14,775 nucleotides of DNA from Pseudobdellovibrionaceae bacterium (lineage in GTDB: Bacteria; Bdellovibrionota; Bdellovibrionia; Bdellovibrionales; Bdellovibrionaceae). This document shows, in pieces, positions 1 through 7,860 of the stretch (the stretch's first letter is position 1; each line of letters starts with the position of its first letter). The notes under the pieces were generated by a model, which was not told where the DNA came from, searched no databases, and saw only the letters and a list, made by a program, of their open reading frames with translations. The stretch spans positions 1 through 14,775 of the forward strand of contig JBDHWW010000065.1 of NCBI GenBank assembly GCA_039810425.1, read 5' to 3'. A program made the translations under genes and the position numbers.

Positions 1-51
1 TTCAAAACCGCTCCCAGCACCTACGAAGTCGTCAAATCGCGAAAGTCATAA
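1..51 (+). CDS. Possible 3' end of an upstream gene (FKTAPSTYEVVKSRKS*), product unknown
   Basis: Frame 1 is open from base 1 to TAA at 49-51, shortly before the AT-rich promoter region. Too short to identify. Confidence 0.35.
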   Translation, partial: FKTAPSTYEVVKSRKS

Positions 52-104
52 CGCCAGGCATGTGGATATGGAGGTATTCGAATTTATAGGGCTTAAGGAA
101 AACT

Positions 105-151
105 ATAGTTAATTTCTATATCTATATAGGTTTATAATATTTAAAATCTAT
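105..151. promoter_or_regulatory. OxyR/LysR-type operator array upstream of ankyrin-catalase operon
   Basis: ATAG(105-108)-N7-CTAT(116-119)-N6-ATAG(126-129)-N7-ATAT(137-140)-N7-CTAT(148-151). Resembles the E. coli OxyR consensus ATAG-N7-CTAT-N7-ATAG-N7-CTAT and lies directly upstream of a catalase operon. Confidence 0.55.
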
Positions 152-168
152 ACAATTTTCGCCGATCC
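142..168 (+). promoter_or_regulatory. Sigma-28 (FliA)-type promoter for ankB-katA
   Basis: TAAA(142-145)-N15-GCCGATCC(161-168) matches TAAA-N15-GCCGATAA with exact spacing. SD AGGAGG follows at 182-187. Confidence 0.65.
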
Positions 169-192
169 TAGGTGTGTCAATAGGAGGTGAAA

Positions 193-696
193 ATGAGAAG
201 CTACGACGAATACATTCAGCAGAATCCTCAAGAAGTGCGTTTGTTTGAGTATGCTAGGACGGGCAACCTTCTAGCGGTCCGTCAGGAATTGGTTCAGGAT
301 CATTCCCTGGATATTAATCTGAAGGACCATAAAGGTTATTCCGCTTTGATGTATGCTGCTTACAATGGCCACAGAGATTTAGTGATCGCGCTGATTGCTC
401 AAGGCGCCGATGTAGAAAGTGCTGATAAGGGTGGCAACACGATCCTGATGGGCCTTGCCTTTAAAGGTCACGCGGACATCGCAGAAATCCTCATCGAAGC
501 GGGCGCTGATATCCATGCCACGAATTTTACCGGCATGACGGCTCTACAGTTCGCACAAATGTTTGGGCGTGATGGGGTCATTGCACTCTTAAGTCAGCAC
601 AAGCCCGGGTACTTCACCCGCAAGTTCGATCAGCTTCGTACGTGGGGACAATACCTCAGCCAGAAATTGCAAATTAATAAGGAGACATCATCATGA
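193..696 (+). CDS. ankB: Catalase-associated ankyrin-repeat protein (AnkB/Cj1386-like)
   Basis: Ankyrin repeats [26 protein letters not shown] and [21 protein letters not shown] (182-187) favours ATG193 over GTG187. The stop overlaps the catalase start (ATGA 693-696). No signal peptide. Confidence 0.9.
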   Translation: MRSYDEYIQQNPQEVRLFEYARTGNLLAVRQELVQDHSLDINLKDHKGYSALMYAAYNGHRDLVIALIAQGADVESADKGGNTILMGLAFKGHADIAEILIEAGADIHATNFTGMTALQFAQMFGRDGVIALLSQHKPGYFTRKFDQLRTWGQYLSQKLQINKETSS

Positions 697-2129
697 AGAA
701 AACACTTACAACCGCCGGTGGCCAACCGGTTCCACAAAATCAACATTCTCTCACTGCCGGTCCCCGGGGTCCGGTTTTGTTGCAGGATTTTCATCTCATT
801 GAAAAACTGGCACACTTTAATCGCGAGCGTGTTCCAGAACGCGTGGTGCATGCTAAGGGCTCCGGCGCCTATGGGACTTTCACGGTGACTCAGGATATTT
901 CAAAATATTCCCGGGCCGCGGTTTTCTCGAAAGTCGGCAAGAAGACAGACGTGTTTTTGCGCTTCTCGACCGTGGCTGGAGAAAAAGGCTCGGCAGATAC
1001 GGAACGCGATCCGCGTGGCTTTGCTGTGAAGTTCTATACCGATGAAGGTGTCTGGGATGTGGTCGGTAATAACACTCCAGTCTTCTTTGAGCGAGACCCG
1101 CTCAAGTTTCCGGACTTTATTCATTCACAAAAACGAGATCCGCAAACGGGATATAAAAATCCATTCCGCATGTGGGATTACTGGGCGCGGTCTCCGGAAG
1201 GTCTTCATCAAATGACGACGCTTTTTAGTGATCGGGGAATTCCTGACGGCTATCGCTTTATGCACGGCTTTGGCAGTCACACGTTTAGTTTCTGGAATGA
1301 GCAGGGTGATAGATTCTGGATCAAGTTTCATTTCAAATCTAAGCAGGGAATTAAGAACCTCACTCCGGAGCGCGCGACAGAGCTTGCGGGTAAAGATCCT
1401 GACTATGCCGGCCGAGATCTTTTTGAAGCGATTGAAAAGGGCCAGTTCCCCCAATGGCGTTTGATGATCCAAGTCATGCCCGAGAAGGACGCTGAGACTT
1501 ATCACATCAACCCATTTGATCTCACAAAGGTATGGCCACATAAAGACTACCCATTGCAAGAAGTGGGCATTTTGGAGCTGAACCGCAATCCGCAAAACTA
1601 TTTTGCAGAGGTGGAGCAAGCGGCGTTCTCTCCTTCGAATTTGCCTCCAGGCATTGGGGCTTCCCCGGACAAGATGCTTCAGGCACGTTTGTTTGCTTAC
1701 CCTGATGCGCAAAGATACCGTATCGGCGCGAACTACCAGCACTTGCCTGTGAATCGCCCGAAAAATGTAATCAACTCGTATCAGCGTGATGGGGCCATGC
1801 GCTTTGATGGCAATGGGGTTGCCGACAACTACGAACCAAATGGTTTTGGCGGTCCAGCTCAGGATGAAAGCTTTGCGGAACCGCCACTCAGAGTTTCCGG
1901 CGATGCCACACGCTATGATGCGCACAAAGGTAACGATGAGTACACGCAGGCCGGGAATTTGTATCGTCTCCTGAGCAACGAAGAGCGTAATCGTCTCACG
2001 TCCGTTATTGCAGGGACAATGCAAGGCTTGCCGGAAAAGATCCTGCGCCCAAACATTGAGAACTTCGCGAAGTGTGACCCCGAATACGGAGCGGAGATCG
2101 CGCGCAAAGTCGGCTTAAAATTAAAATAG
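693..2129 (+). CDS. katA: Monofunctional small-subunit heme catalase
   Basis: Active-site signature [33 protein letters not shown] and proximal heme-ligand motif RLFAYPDAQ. 478 aa. SD AAGGAG at 679-684. Confidence 0.98.
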   Translation: MKKTLTTAGGQPVPQNQHSLTAGPRGPVLLQDFHLIEKLAHFNRERVPERVVHAKGSGAYGTFTVTQDISKYSRAAVFSKVGKKTDVFLRFSTVAGEKGSADTERDPRGFAVKFYTDEGVWDVVGNNTPVFFERDPLKFPDFIHSQKRDPQTGYKNPFRMWDYWARSPEGLHQMTTLFSDRGIPDGYRFMHGFGSHTFSFWNEQGDRFWIKFHFKSKQGIKNLTPERATELAGKDPDYAGRDLFEAIEKGQFPQWRLMIQVMPEKDAETYHINPFDLTKVWPHKDYPLQEVGILELNRNPQNYFAEVEQAAFSPSNLPPGIGASPDKMLQARLFAYPDAQRYRIGANYQHLPVNRPKNVINSYQRDGAMRFDGNGVADNYEPNGFGGPAQDESFAEPPLRVSGDATRYDAHKGNDEYTQAGNLYRLLSNEERNRLTSVIAGTMQGLPEKILRPNIENFAKCDPEYGAEIARKVGLKLK

Positions 2130-2146
2130 CCTTAATTTTTTTATTT

Positions 2147-2234
2147 CCGCCTCCGTTCGAGTCAGCCCGCCGGGCGGTGTTTCCCGCAACAAGGAATGGT
2201 CGAATCGAGGCGGTAGGTTCCTAACGCTACGGCG
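2147..2234. other. GC-rich structured intergenic element (putative 3-way-junction RNA or REP-like repeat)
   Basis: Outer stem CCGCCTC-cg-TTCGA (2147-2160) / TCGAA-tc-GAGGCGG (2200-2213) encloses two small hairpins (GCCC-gcc-GGGC 2165-2175; TTCC-N8-GGAA 2181-2196). It is followed by CGC-TACG-GCG (2225-2234). Confidence 0.4.
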
Positions 2235-2235
2235 C

Positions 2236-2271
2236 AAAAGAAAAACCCACATCTCCGTAGAAGATGTGGGT
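2236..2271 (-). terminator. Intrinsic terminator of the M3 peptidase-nadK-recN operon
   Basis: 10-bp stem ACCCACATCT (2245-2254) / AGATGTGGGT (2262-2271). On the minus strand the loop is a C(UACG)G tetraloop and the stem is followed by UUUUCUUUU. About 40 nt past the recN stop. Confidence 0.85.
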
Positions 2272-2308
2272 CACGAATAGACGCGAATCCGGGCCCTTCT
2301 TTTTTTGA

Positions 2309-4006
2309 CTAGTGAGCTTCTTTCAAAAGCTGCTGGGCATGGTCTAAACTCGTTTTTGAAATCTTTTCGCCCGAGATCAAACGAGCAATTTCCTTTACGC
2401 GCTCTTTGTCAGCAAGCCCGACGACTTCCATCGTGACGGAATCTTTCTTCGGAGACTTCTGGATAAAGAAGTGGACATCGCCGAATGCTGCCACCTGTGG
2501 TAAGTGCGTGACACAGATAACCTGCTGGCCTTTTGCAATGCTCTTCAACTTACGGCCGACCTTTTCAGCGGTCTGACCGGAAACGCCGGTATCCACTTCG
2601 TCAAACAAGTAAGTGCGTGGCTGATTCGAAGAACCCACAACGCGTTTGAGGGACAACAAAATACGCGACAATTCACCACCACTGGCAAACTTCGCCAGCG
2701 GTCTTTTAGGGTCTTTCGCTGAGGTTTGGCTCATGAACTCAACATCGCTAAAGCCTGAAGCGGTGAGGTTTTCAAGCTTCGTAATAGAAACCTGGAAAGT
2801 CACGCCTTTCATATTGAGGTCCAAGAGCTCTGCGTTCACACTGTCCGTGAGGAGTTGGGCGCCCTTTTCGCGGCGTTTGTGAAGATCCAAAGCGATCTTT
2901 TCCATTTCTTTCATCAGCGCTGCCGATTCTTTTTTCAATTCTTCAATACGAGTCTCGGAGTTCTGCAAAGCGCTGATCTCTGTTTCCATTTGCATCAAGG
3001 CGGCCAAGATATCATCAACCGTCGGGCCGTATTTCTTTTGGACTTTTCGAAGGTCGCTTAAGCGCTCTTCTAAAGATTCGAGGCGTTGCGGGTCGCCGTC
3101 GATCTTATTCACGTACTGACGAAGATCGTAAATACAGTCGTCGATCAAAGTCTTTGCTTGCTCAAGCACGTCGATTTTACCAGCGAGTTGGGGGTCCAAG
3201 GTCGCGATCTCTGCGCCACGCTTTAAAATCGTGTTAATGCGGTTCATGGCGGAATCGTCATCAGAATACAAAGCTTCTTCAGCGGTATCCACGAATTGAA
3301 AAAGGCGCGAGGCGCTTTTGAGCTTCTTAACTTCCGCTTCAATCTCAACATCTTCGCCCGGCGATAAATCCAAAGCCGCGATTTCGTCGCGTTGGAAGGT
3401 TAAGAAGTCCAAGCGTTGTGCCTTTTGTTTGGCATCGCTTTCAAGTTGTAGGATTTCAGTTTTAGTTTCTTGGTAACGTTCAAATTGTTTCTGATAAGCC
3501 AAGCGCTTGTCCCATGTGCCCGCATACTGGTCGAGCAAATCAAGGTGATACGCTTTTGACAGCAGGTGACGGTTCTCGTGCTGGCCGGTCATTTCAATGA
3601 GCGGGGCGGAGTGACCCGCCACCTCGATGAGTGGCGCCACGATATCGCGCAGATTCGCCAAGGTGCTCAAAGTGCCGTTCAGGTAAACCTTCGACTTGTC
3701 ACTGCCGGCACTGATGGTGCGGCGAACGATCAAGGTGCCGTCTTCAATTTCGATACCGAGCTCTTCAAGATTCTTGCGGATGTCCTTACGGTGACGGATA
3801 TCAAAGGCCCCTTCGATAGTCGCCATCTGCGCGCCTGTACGGATTGTCTCTGTAGAAGACTTTTCGCCCATGAGCAGGGACAAGCTTTTCAATAGCACGG
3901 ATTTACCGGCGCCGGTTTCACCACTCAGGATGTTTAGGCCCTCTTCGAATTCAATATGAAGATTGTCAATGATAGCGAAGTTTGAAACTTTGAGTTCTAA
4001 AAGCAT
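2309..4006 (-). CDS. recN: DNA repair protein RecN (SMC-like ATPase)
   Basis: Walker A GETGAGKS, long coiled coil, ASGGELSRI signature, Walker B YLFDEVDTG and H-loop CVTHLPQVA. ATG4006 has SD-like GAGAGGG upstream and is preferred over the ORF-track start at 4018. Conserved nadK-recN synteny. Confidence 0.97.
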   Translation of the reverse strand: MLLELKVSNFAIIDNLHIEFEEGLNILSGETGAGKSVLLKSLSLLMGEKSSTETIRTGAQMATIEGAFDIRHRKDIRKNLEELGIEIEDGTLIVRRTISAGSDKSKVYLNGTLSTLANLRDIVAPLIEVAGHSAPLIEMTGQHENRHLLSKAYHLDLLDQYAGTWDKRLAYQKQFERYQETKTEILQLESDAKQKAQRLDFLTFQRDEIAALDLSPGEDVEIEAEVKKLKSASRLFQFVDTAEEALYSDDDSAMNRINTILKRGAEIATLDPQLAGKIDVLEQAKTLIDDCIYDLRQYVNKIDGDPQRLESLEERLSDLRKVQKKYGPTVDDILAALMQMETEISALQNSETRIEELKKESAALMKEMEKIALDLHKRREKGAQLLTDSVNAELLDLNMKGVTFQVSITKLENLTASGFSDVEFMSQTSAKDPKRPLAKFASGGELSRILLSLKRVVGSSNQPRTYLFDEVDTGVSGQTAEKVGRKLKSIAKGQQVICVTHLPQVAAFGDVHFFIQKSPKKDSVTMEVVGLADKERVKEIARLISGEKISKTSLDHAQQLLKEAH

Positions 4007-4029
4007 GTTCCCTCTCAAATGCCAAAATA

Positions 4030-4914
4030 CTAGGCTCTGTCGCCAAATTTCAATTTCTCACGCAGCAAGTGGAAGTAGTTGTGCTTCGGAGCCCGCACTA
4101 CCCAGTGATCGTACTGGCTGCGTTTAATGACCACTTCGTCTTCCGTCGTGATCTCAGTTTCGTTCTGTCCGTCGACGATCAGCTGCGCTTTTGCTGTGCG
4201 CGCATCCATCTTGAAGGACATGTGCAGGTCGTCCGGCAATATCAATGGCCGGCTCGTCAGGCTGTGCGGGGCCACCGGTGTCACCACGAAGACTTTTGCT
4301 TCAGGGTGCAGAATCGGTCCGCCGGCTGCGAGATTGTATGCCGTAGAGCCTGTAGGGCTTGCGATAATAAAACCATCGGCCTTCACTTCGCTGACCAGAA
4401 ACTTCTCGCTGTAGATGGCAGTACTGATCAGGTGACTGCCTTGACCTCTTTCGATGACCACGTCGTTCAGGGCGTGGTACTCAGAACGGATCTTGCCCTT
4501 GCGGCGAACGAAGACATGAATCATCGAGCGCGGGCGAAGGTCCATTTTGTTTTCTAAAGTCTCTTCCAAAACTTTGAAGGCGTCTTCAGCGCGGTTGCCG
4601 GTCAGAAATCCGAGAGAGCCCATGTTGATTCCGACGATCGGAATCTGGCGTCCTTCAAGGACGCGCACCGCACGCAAGTAAGTTCCATCTCCACCAAGAG
4701 CAATTACCAAGCCAATCTTATTCAGAGCCGCTTTGCCTTTGATGGGCTTCGTGCCTGCAATCGCAGTTTGTTGAGGGGCGGTGAAAACATTGTAGCCTCG
4801 GGCCTTGAGCCAAATCGCGATCTTTTTAGCAAGGGCCACCGCTTCGGCCGTTTGCAGGCGATAGACAAGGGCGATGTTTTTATTATCTTTCAGGGTCAGT
4901 TTTTGCCCGGCCAT
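4030..4914 (-). CDS. nadK: NAD(+) kinase
   Basis: LGGDGT, GINMGSLGFL, ALND and DGFIIASPTGSTAYNLAAGGP motifs. The start overlaps the upstream stop (TAATG at 4916-4912). Confidence 0.97.
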   Translation of the reverse strand: MAGQKLTLKDNKNIALVYRLQTAEAVALAKKIAIWLKARGYNVFTAPQQTAIAGTKPIKGKAALNKIGLVIALGGDGTYLRAVRVLEGRQIPIVGINMGSLGFLTGNRAEDAFKVLEETLENKMDLRPRSMIHVFVRRKGKIRSEYHALNDVVIERGQGSHLISTAIYSEKFLVSEVKADGFIIASPTGSTAYNLAAGGPILHPEAKVFVVTPVAPHSLTSRPLILPDDLHMSFKMDARTAKAQLIVDGQNETEITTEDEVVIKRSQYDHWVVRAPKHNYFHLLREKLKFGDRA

Positions 4915-6953
4915 TAAACGAGCCCGTCCCTTCGCAAAAGCGCGTTAGGATCCGGCTCTCGGCCACGGAATTTTTTATACAAATCCATCGGATGCTCCGT
5001 GCCGCCGCGGCTCAAAACATTTTCTTTAAATTTCTGAGCCACCTCGGCATTGAACAAACCCTTTTCCTGGAAGTATTCAAATGCATCGGCATCCAAAACC
5101 TCAGCCCACTTGTAAGAGTAGTAACCAGCAGAGTAACCGCCGGCGAAAATATGGCTAAAGGAGCAAGATGTGTTCGTACCAACTACTTTCGGCGTGATGC
5201 GAGTCACTTCTGTTGCCTGAGTTTCGAAAACATCTACGTCCATAATCTTTGAAGGATCTTGAGAGTACCAAGCCATGTCTAAAAGCGCGAACTGCAATTG
5301 GCGAAGAGACACCCAGCCGGCTAAGTATTTCGAAGACTTTTTAATCTTCGCAACAAGGTCTGCCGGAATCGGCGCGTTCGTCTCGTAGTGCTTCGCGAAC
5401 ACATCGAGACCTTCTTTTTCCCCCACCCAGTTTTCCATGATTTGCGAAGGAAGTTCCACGAAGTCCCAATAGACGTTGGTGCCGCTCAAAGAACGGTACG
5501 TACAGTCTGAAAGCATGCCGTGCAAAGCATGGCCGAATTCGTGGAAGAGCGTGCGCACTTCATCGTAAGACAGCAATGATGGTTTCGTCGGGGTCGGCTT
5601 GGTGAAATTGCAAACGATACTCACGTGCGGACGTTTGACATCGCCGTTGAGCAAGCCTTGGTCGCGGAATGTCGTCATCCACGCGCCGCCTTTTTTCGTC
5701 TCGCGTGGGAAAAAGTCCGTATAGAAGAGGCTGATGTATTTACCGGTCTTTTCTTCAAACACTTCGTAAACTTTTACTTCCGGATGATAAGTGGGGATGT
5801 CTTTATTTTCTTTGAATGTAAGGCCATATAAACGGCGAGCGTGTTCAAACACACCTTGCACGACGTTTTCAAGTTTAAAGTAAGGGCGAAGATCCTCTTC
5901 ATTGAAAGAGTATTTTTTTTCCTTCAATTTTTCAGAGTAGTACGTGAAGTCCCATGGCTGGATGTCGGCGACACCTTCCGACTCGGCAGCGAACTTGCGC
6001 ACTTCTTCGAAATCTTTCATGGCTGCAATTTTAGAAGGCTCCAAAAGCTTCGTAAGGAACTCGCGAACTGTGCCGGGATCTTTTGCCATACGTTCCGCCA
6101 AAACAAAGTCGGCGTGGCTCTTAAAACCCATCAACTGCGCGCGCTGATGACGAAGAGTCGTAATACGCTTGATCGTCTCTTGGTTGTCGAACTTGTCGTT
6201 GAAAGAGCGCGTACTATATGCACGCCACAGCTTCTCACGCAGTTCACGGTTTTTAGCGTAAGTCAGGAACGGCAGGTAACTTGGGAATTGCAAATTGAAG
6301 AGCCATTGGCCTTTGTGGCCTTTGGTTTCAGCCGCAAGCGCCGCAGCTTCAATCGCGCCTTCCGGCAAGCCTTCGAGCGCCGCCTTTTTATCGAGAAGCA
6401 TTTCGAAGCTGTTGGTTGCTTTGAGTACATGCTCAGAGAATTTCGGACCAAGAACAGAAAGCTCTTGGTCGATCACGCGGAGTTTTTCTTTGTCCTGGTT
6501 ATCCAGTAAAGCCCCGTTGCGGGTGAAAGAGAGGTAAGTTTTTTCAAGCAATTTCATTTGCTCTTTGTTGAGGTCCAAAGAGTTGCGTTTGTCGTAGACG
6601 ACTTTGACTTTTTCGAAAATCTCTTCATCCAATGAAACGTCTGAACTAAATGCGGTAGCCACCGGATAGAGGTCTTTTGCCAAAGCTTGGTGCTCTTCGC
6701 TGGCGTGAGCTGACTCGAGGTTGCCGTAGATGCCGACAACGCGCTCAACGAGCTCGCTGCAAGTCTCAAGGGCGACGATGGTATTCTCGAAACTTGGCTC
6801 GGACTTGTTTTTCTTGATGGTTTCAATGTTTTGTTTGGCAGTTTGAATGGATTGCTCAAGGGCCGGCAGGAAGTGCTCCGTTTTGATCTGATCAAAAGGG
6901 ACTGCTTGGTCTTTGAGGGTGAATTTTTCGAGTAATGGATTTTGTTTTGTCAT
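4914..6953 (-). CDS. M3A family zinc metallopeptidase (peptidyl-dipeptidase Dcp / oligopeptidase A-like)
   Basis: TLFHEFGHALH, WDFVELPSQIMENW, FSHIFAGGYSAGYYSYKWAEVLDADAF and C-terminal FRGREP. The N-terminus MTKQNPLL is typical of the family, so ATG6953 was chosen. Confidence 0.95.
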   Translation of the reverse strand: MTKQNPLLEKFTLKDQAVPFDQIKTEHFLPALEQSIQTAKQNIETIKKNKSEPSFENTIVALETCSELVERVVGIYGNLESAHASEEHQALAKDLYPVATAFSSDVSLDEEIFEKVKVVYDKRNSLDLNKEQMKLLEKTYLSFTRNGALLDNQDKEKLRVIDQELSVLGPKFSEHVLKATNSFEMLLDKKAALEGLPEGAIEAAALAAETKGHKGQWLFNLQFPSYLPFLTYAKNRELREKLWRAYSTRSFNDKFDNQETIKRITTLRHQRAQLMGFKSHADFVLAERMAKDPGTVREFLTKLLEPSKIAAMKDFEEVRKFAAESEGVADIQPWDFTYYSEKLKEKKYSFNEEDLRPYFKLENVVQGVFEHARRLYGLTFKENKDIPTYHPEVKVYEVFEEKTGKYISLFYTDFFPRETKKGGAWMTTFRDQGLLNGDVKRPHVSIVCNFTKPTPTKPSLLSYDEVRTLFHEFGHALHGMLSDCTYRSLSGTNVYWDFVELPSQIMENWVGEKEGLDVFAKHYETNAPIPADLVAKIKKSSKYLAGWVSLRQLQFALLDMAWYSQDPSKIMDVDVFETQATEVTRITPKVVGTNTSCSFSHIFAGGYSAGYYSYKWAEVLDADAFEYFQEKGLFNAEVAQKFKENVLSRGGTEHPMDLYKKFRGREPDPNALLRRDGLV

Positions 6954-6982
6954 AGGGTCTTGTGTAACACAAAACCCATGAC
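6949..6982 (-). promoter_or_regulatory. Inverted repeat / hairpin covering the M3 peptidase start codon
   Basis: Minus strand reads GUCAU-GGGU-U-UUGUG-uua-CACAA-G-ACCC-u-AUGAC: about 15 bp including one G-U pair and one bulge. The AUG (6953-6951) is in the 3' arm. No SD sequence. Confidence 0.5.
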
Positions 6983-7030
6983 CCATCAGCATTTAGGGCG
7001 GGTAGCGCGGAGTGACAAAATAATCTAAAA

Positions 7031-7588
7031 TTAGCGGTATCCGCCCATGCTACCAGCCGACGTATTTGTAGCGCCCGGCGCCACGCAAATACCGAGGCGA
7101 GAACCGCCACCTGTGGCCTGACAGACGCGGCCTGCACCGCACGCGTTTAGTTGATCTATGAAGCAGCTCTGAGCAACATTTTGGAAGCAGCCGTTGCTTT
7201 GTTGTGCATAGCCTTGCGAGTTACTGATTTGGGGGATGTTCACCCACTGATTGTTGTTCGCTCCGTAACCCCAATAGACCGCTCCGTAAGCATAAGTGTT
7301 GAACGTGTTCATACTTACGCAACCCATTCCGAATTGACCGTTGTAAACAGGGCGGGAGCCCCACGGGCAGTTACAAAAGTTTCCGTTCGTTTGATAGTAG
7401 TAAGGATTGTAAGGATACGCTTGATACCCAGGATAAGCCGCATATTGATTGGAGTTGCAATAGGTCGTGCCATCCACACAAGCCGTTGGCGGTGGAACCG
7501 TTGCTACAGTAGAGTCTCCGCCTTTGTCGCCTCCGCAGGCAGCAAAAACGAAAGGCATCACTAAGAGTGTAAAAATCCAGCGCTTCAT
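7031..7588 (-). CDS. Cys-rich, Gly/Tyr/Asn/Gln-rich lipoprotein of unknown function
   Basis: SD AAGGAG (7600-7595) precedes ATG7588. Signal peptide MKRWIFTLLVMPFVFAA-C with lipobox. Ten further Cys and a YAAYPGYQAYPYNPYYYQ stretch. Confidence 0.85.
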   Translation of the reverse strand: MKRWIFTLLVMPFVFAACGGDKGGDSTVATVPPPTACVDGTTYCNSNQYAAYPGYQAYPYNPYYYQTNGNFCNCPWGSRPVYNGQFGMGCVSMNTFNTYAYGAVYWGYGANNNQWVNIPQISNSQGYAQQSNGCFQNVAQSCFIDQLNACGAGRVCQATGGGSRLGICVAPGATNTSAGSMGGYR

Positions 7589-7626
7589 GACGGACTCCTT
7601 TTGGTTCCTTGATCCATCCACAGCCC

Positions 7627-7643
7627 TACAAGCTCTATGCCAG
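7627..7643 (-). promoter_or_regulatory. Sigma-54 (RpoN)-like -24/-12 promoter
   Basis: Minus strand CTGGCATAGAGCTTGTA versus consensus YTGGCACG-N4-TTGCW. Spacing is exact but -12 is GT instead of GC. About 40 nt upstream of the lipoprotein start. Confidence 0.5.
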
Positions 7644-7790
7644 GGACGATTCCCGTCAGCACATTGTAAAATGGAAATGATAGGGGGTTTCCCTCTGAAA
7701 AAGAGCCCTTAGGAGACGATTTGAGGCCGCTGTAAAGAACTTCGACAACCTCGCAGCTAGCTCTAAGGTCAGTGTGAGTGACAAAGTAAA

Positions 7791-7841
7791 AAAAATCTGG
7801 ACCTGATTTTTCGCTCTCAACAATCTATACTTTTGAGAGCG
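7791..7841 (+). promoter_or_regulatory. Sigma-70-like promoter embedded in two adjacent inverted repeats
   Basis: -35 CTGATT (7803-7808), 17-nt spacer, -10 TATACT (7826-7831). Palindrome AAAAATCtGGaCCtGATTTTT (7791-7811) and CGCTCTCAA-N12-TTGAGAGCG (7812-7841). SD AGGAG at 7848-7852. Confidence 0.5.
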
Positions 7842-7860
7842 CCCAACAGGAGAGAAAAAC

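Noticed and set aside
1125..2024. 299-aa antisense ORF inside katA
   Set aside because: Shadow frame of a strongly conserved gene, with no recognisable motifs.
2155..2163. GTTCGAGTC resembling a tRNA T-loop
   Set aside because: No T-stem, cloverleaf or CCA end can be built around it.
2147..2213. Hammerhead or HDV-like ribozyme reading of the structured element (GAAAC and CTGA on the minus strand)
   Set aside because: No CUGANGA core or nested double pseudoknot in the required arrangement.
2286..2306. GGGCCC followed by a T-run as a + strand terminator for katA
   Set aside because: No convincing stem immediately before the T-tract.
4007..4029. LexA/SOS box upstream of recN
   Set aside because: The gap is only 23 nt with no recognisable palindrome; recN seems co-transcribed with nadK.
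2504..6895. Numerous short alternative-frame and antisense ORFs within recN, nadK and the M3 peptidase (e.g. 4069..4557, 5841..6509)
   Set aside because: Fully overlap well-supported genes and lack protein-family features.
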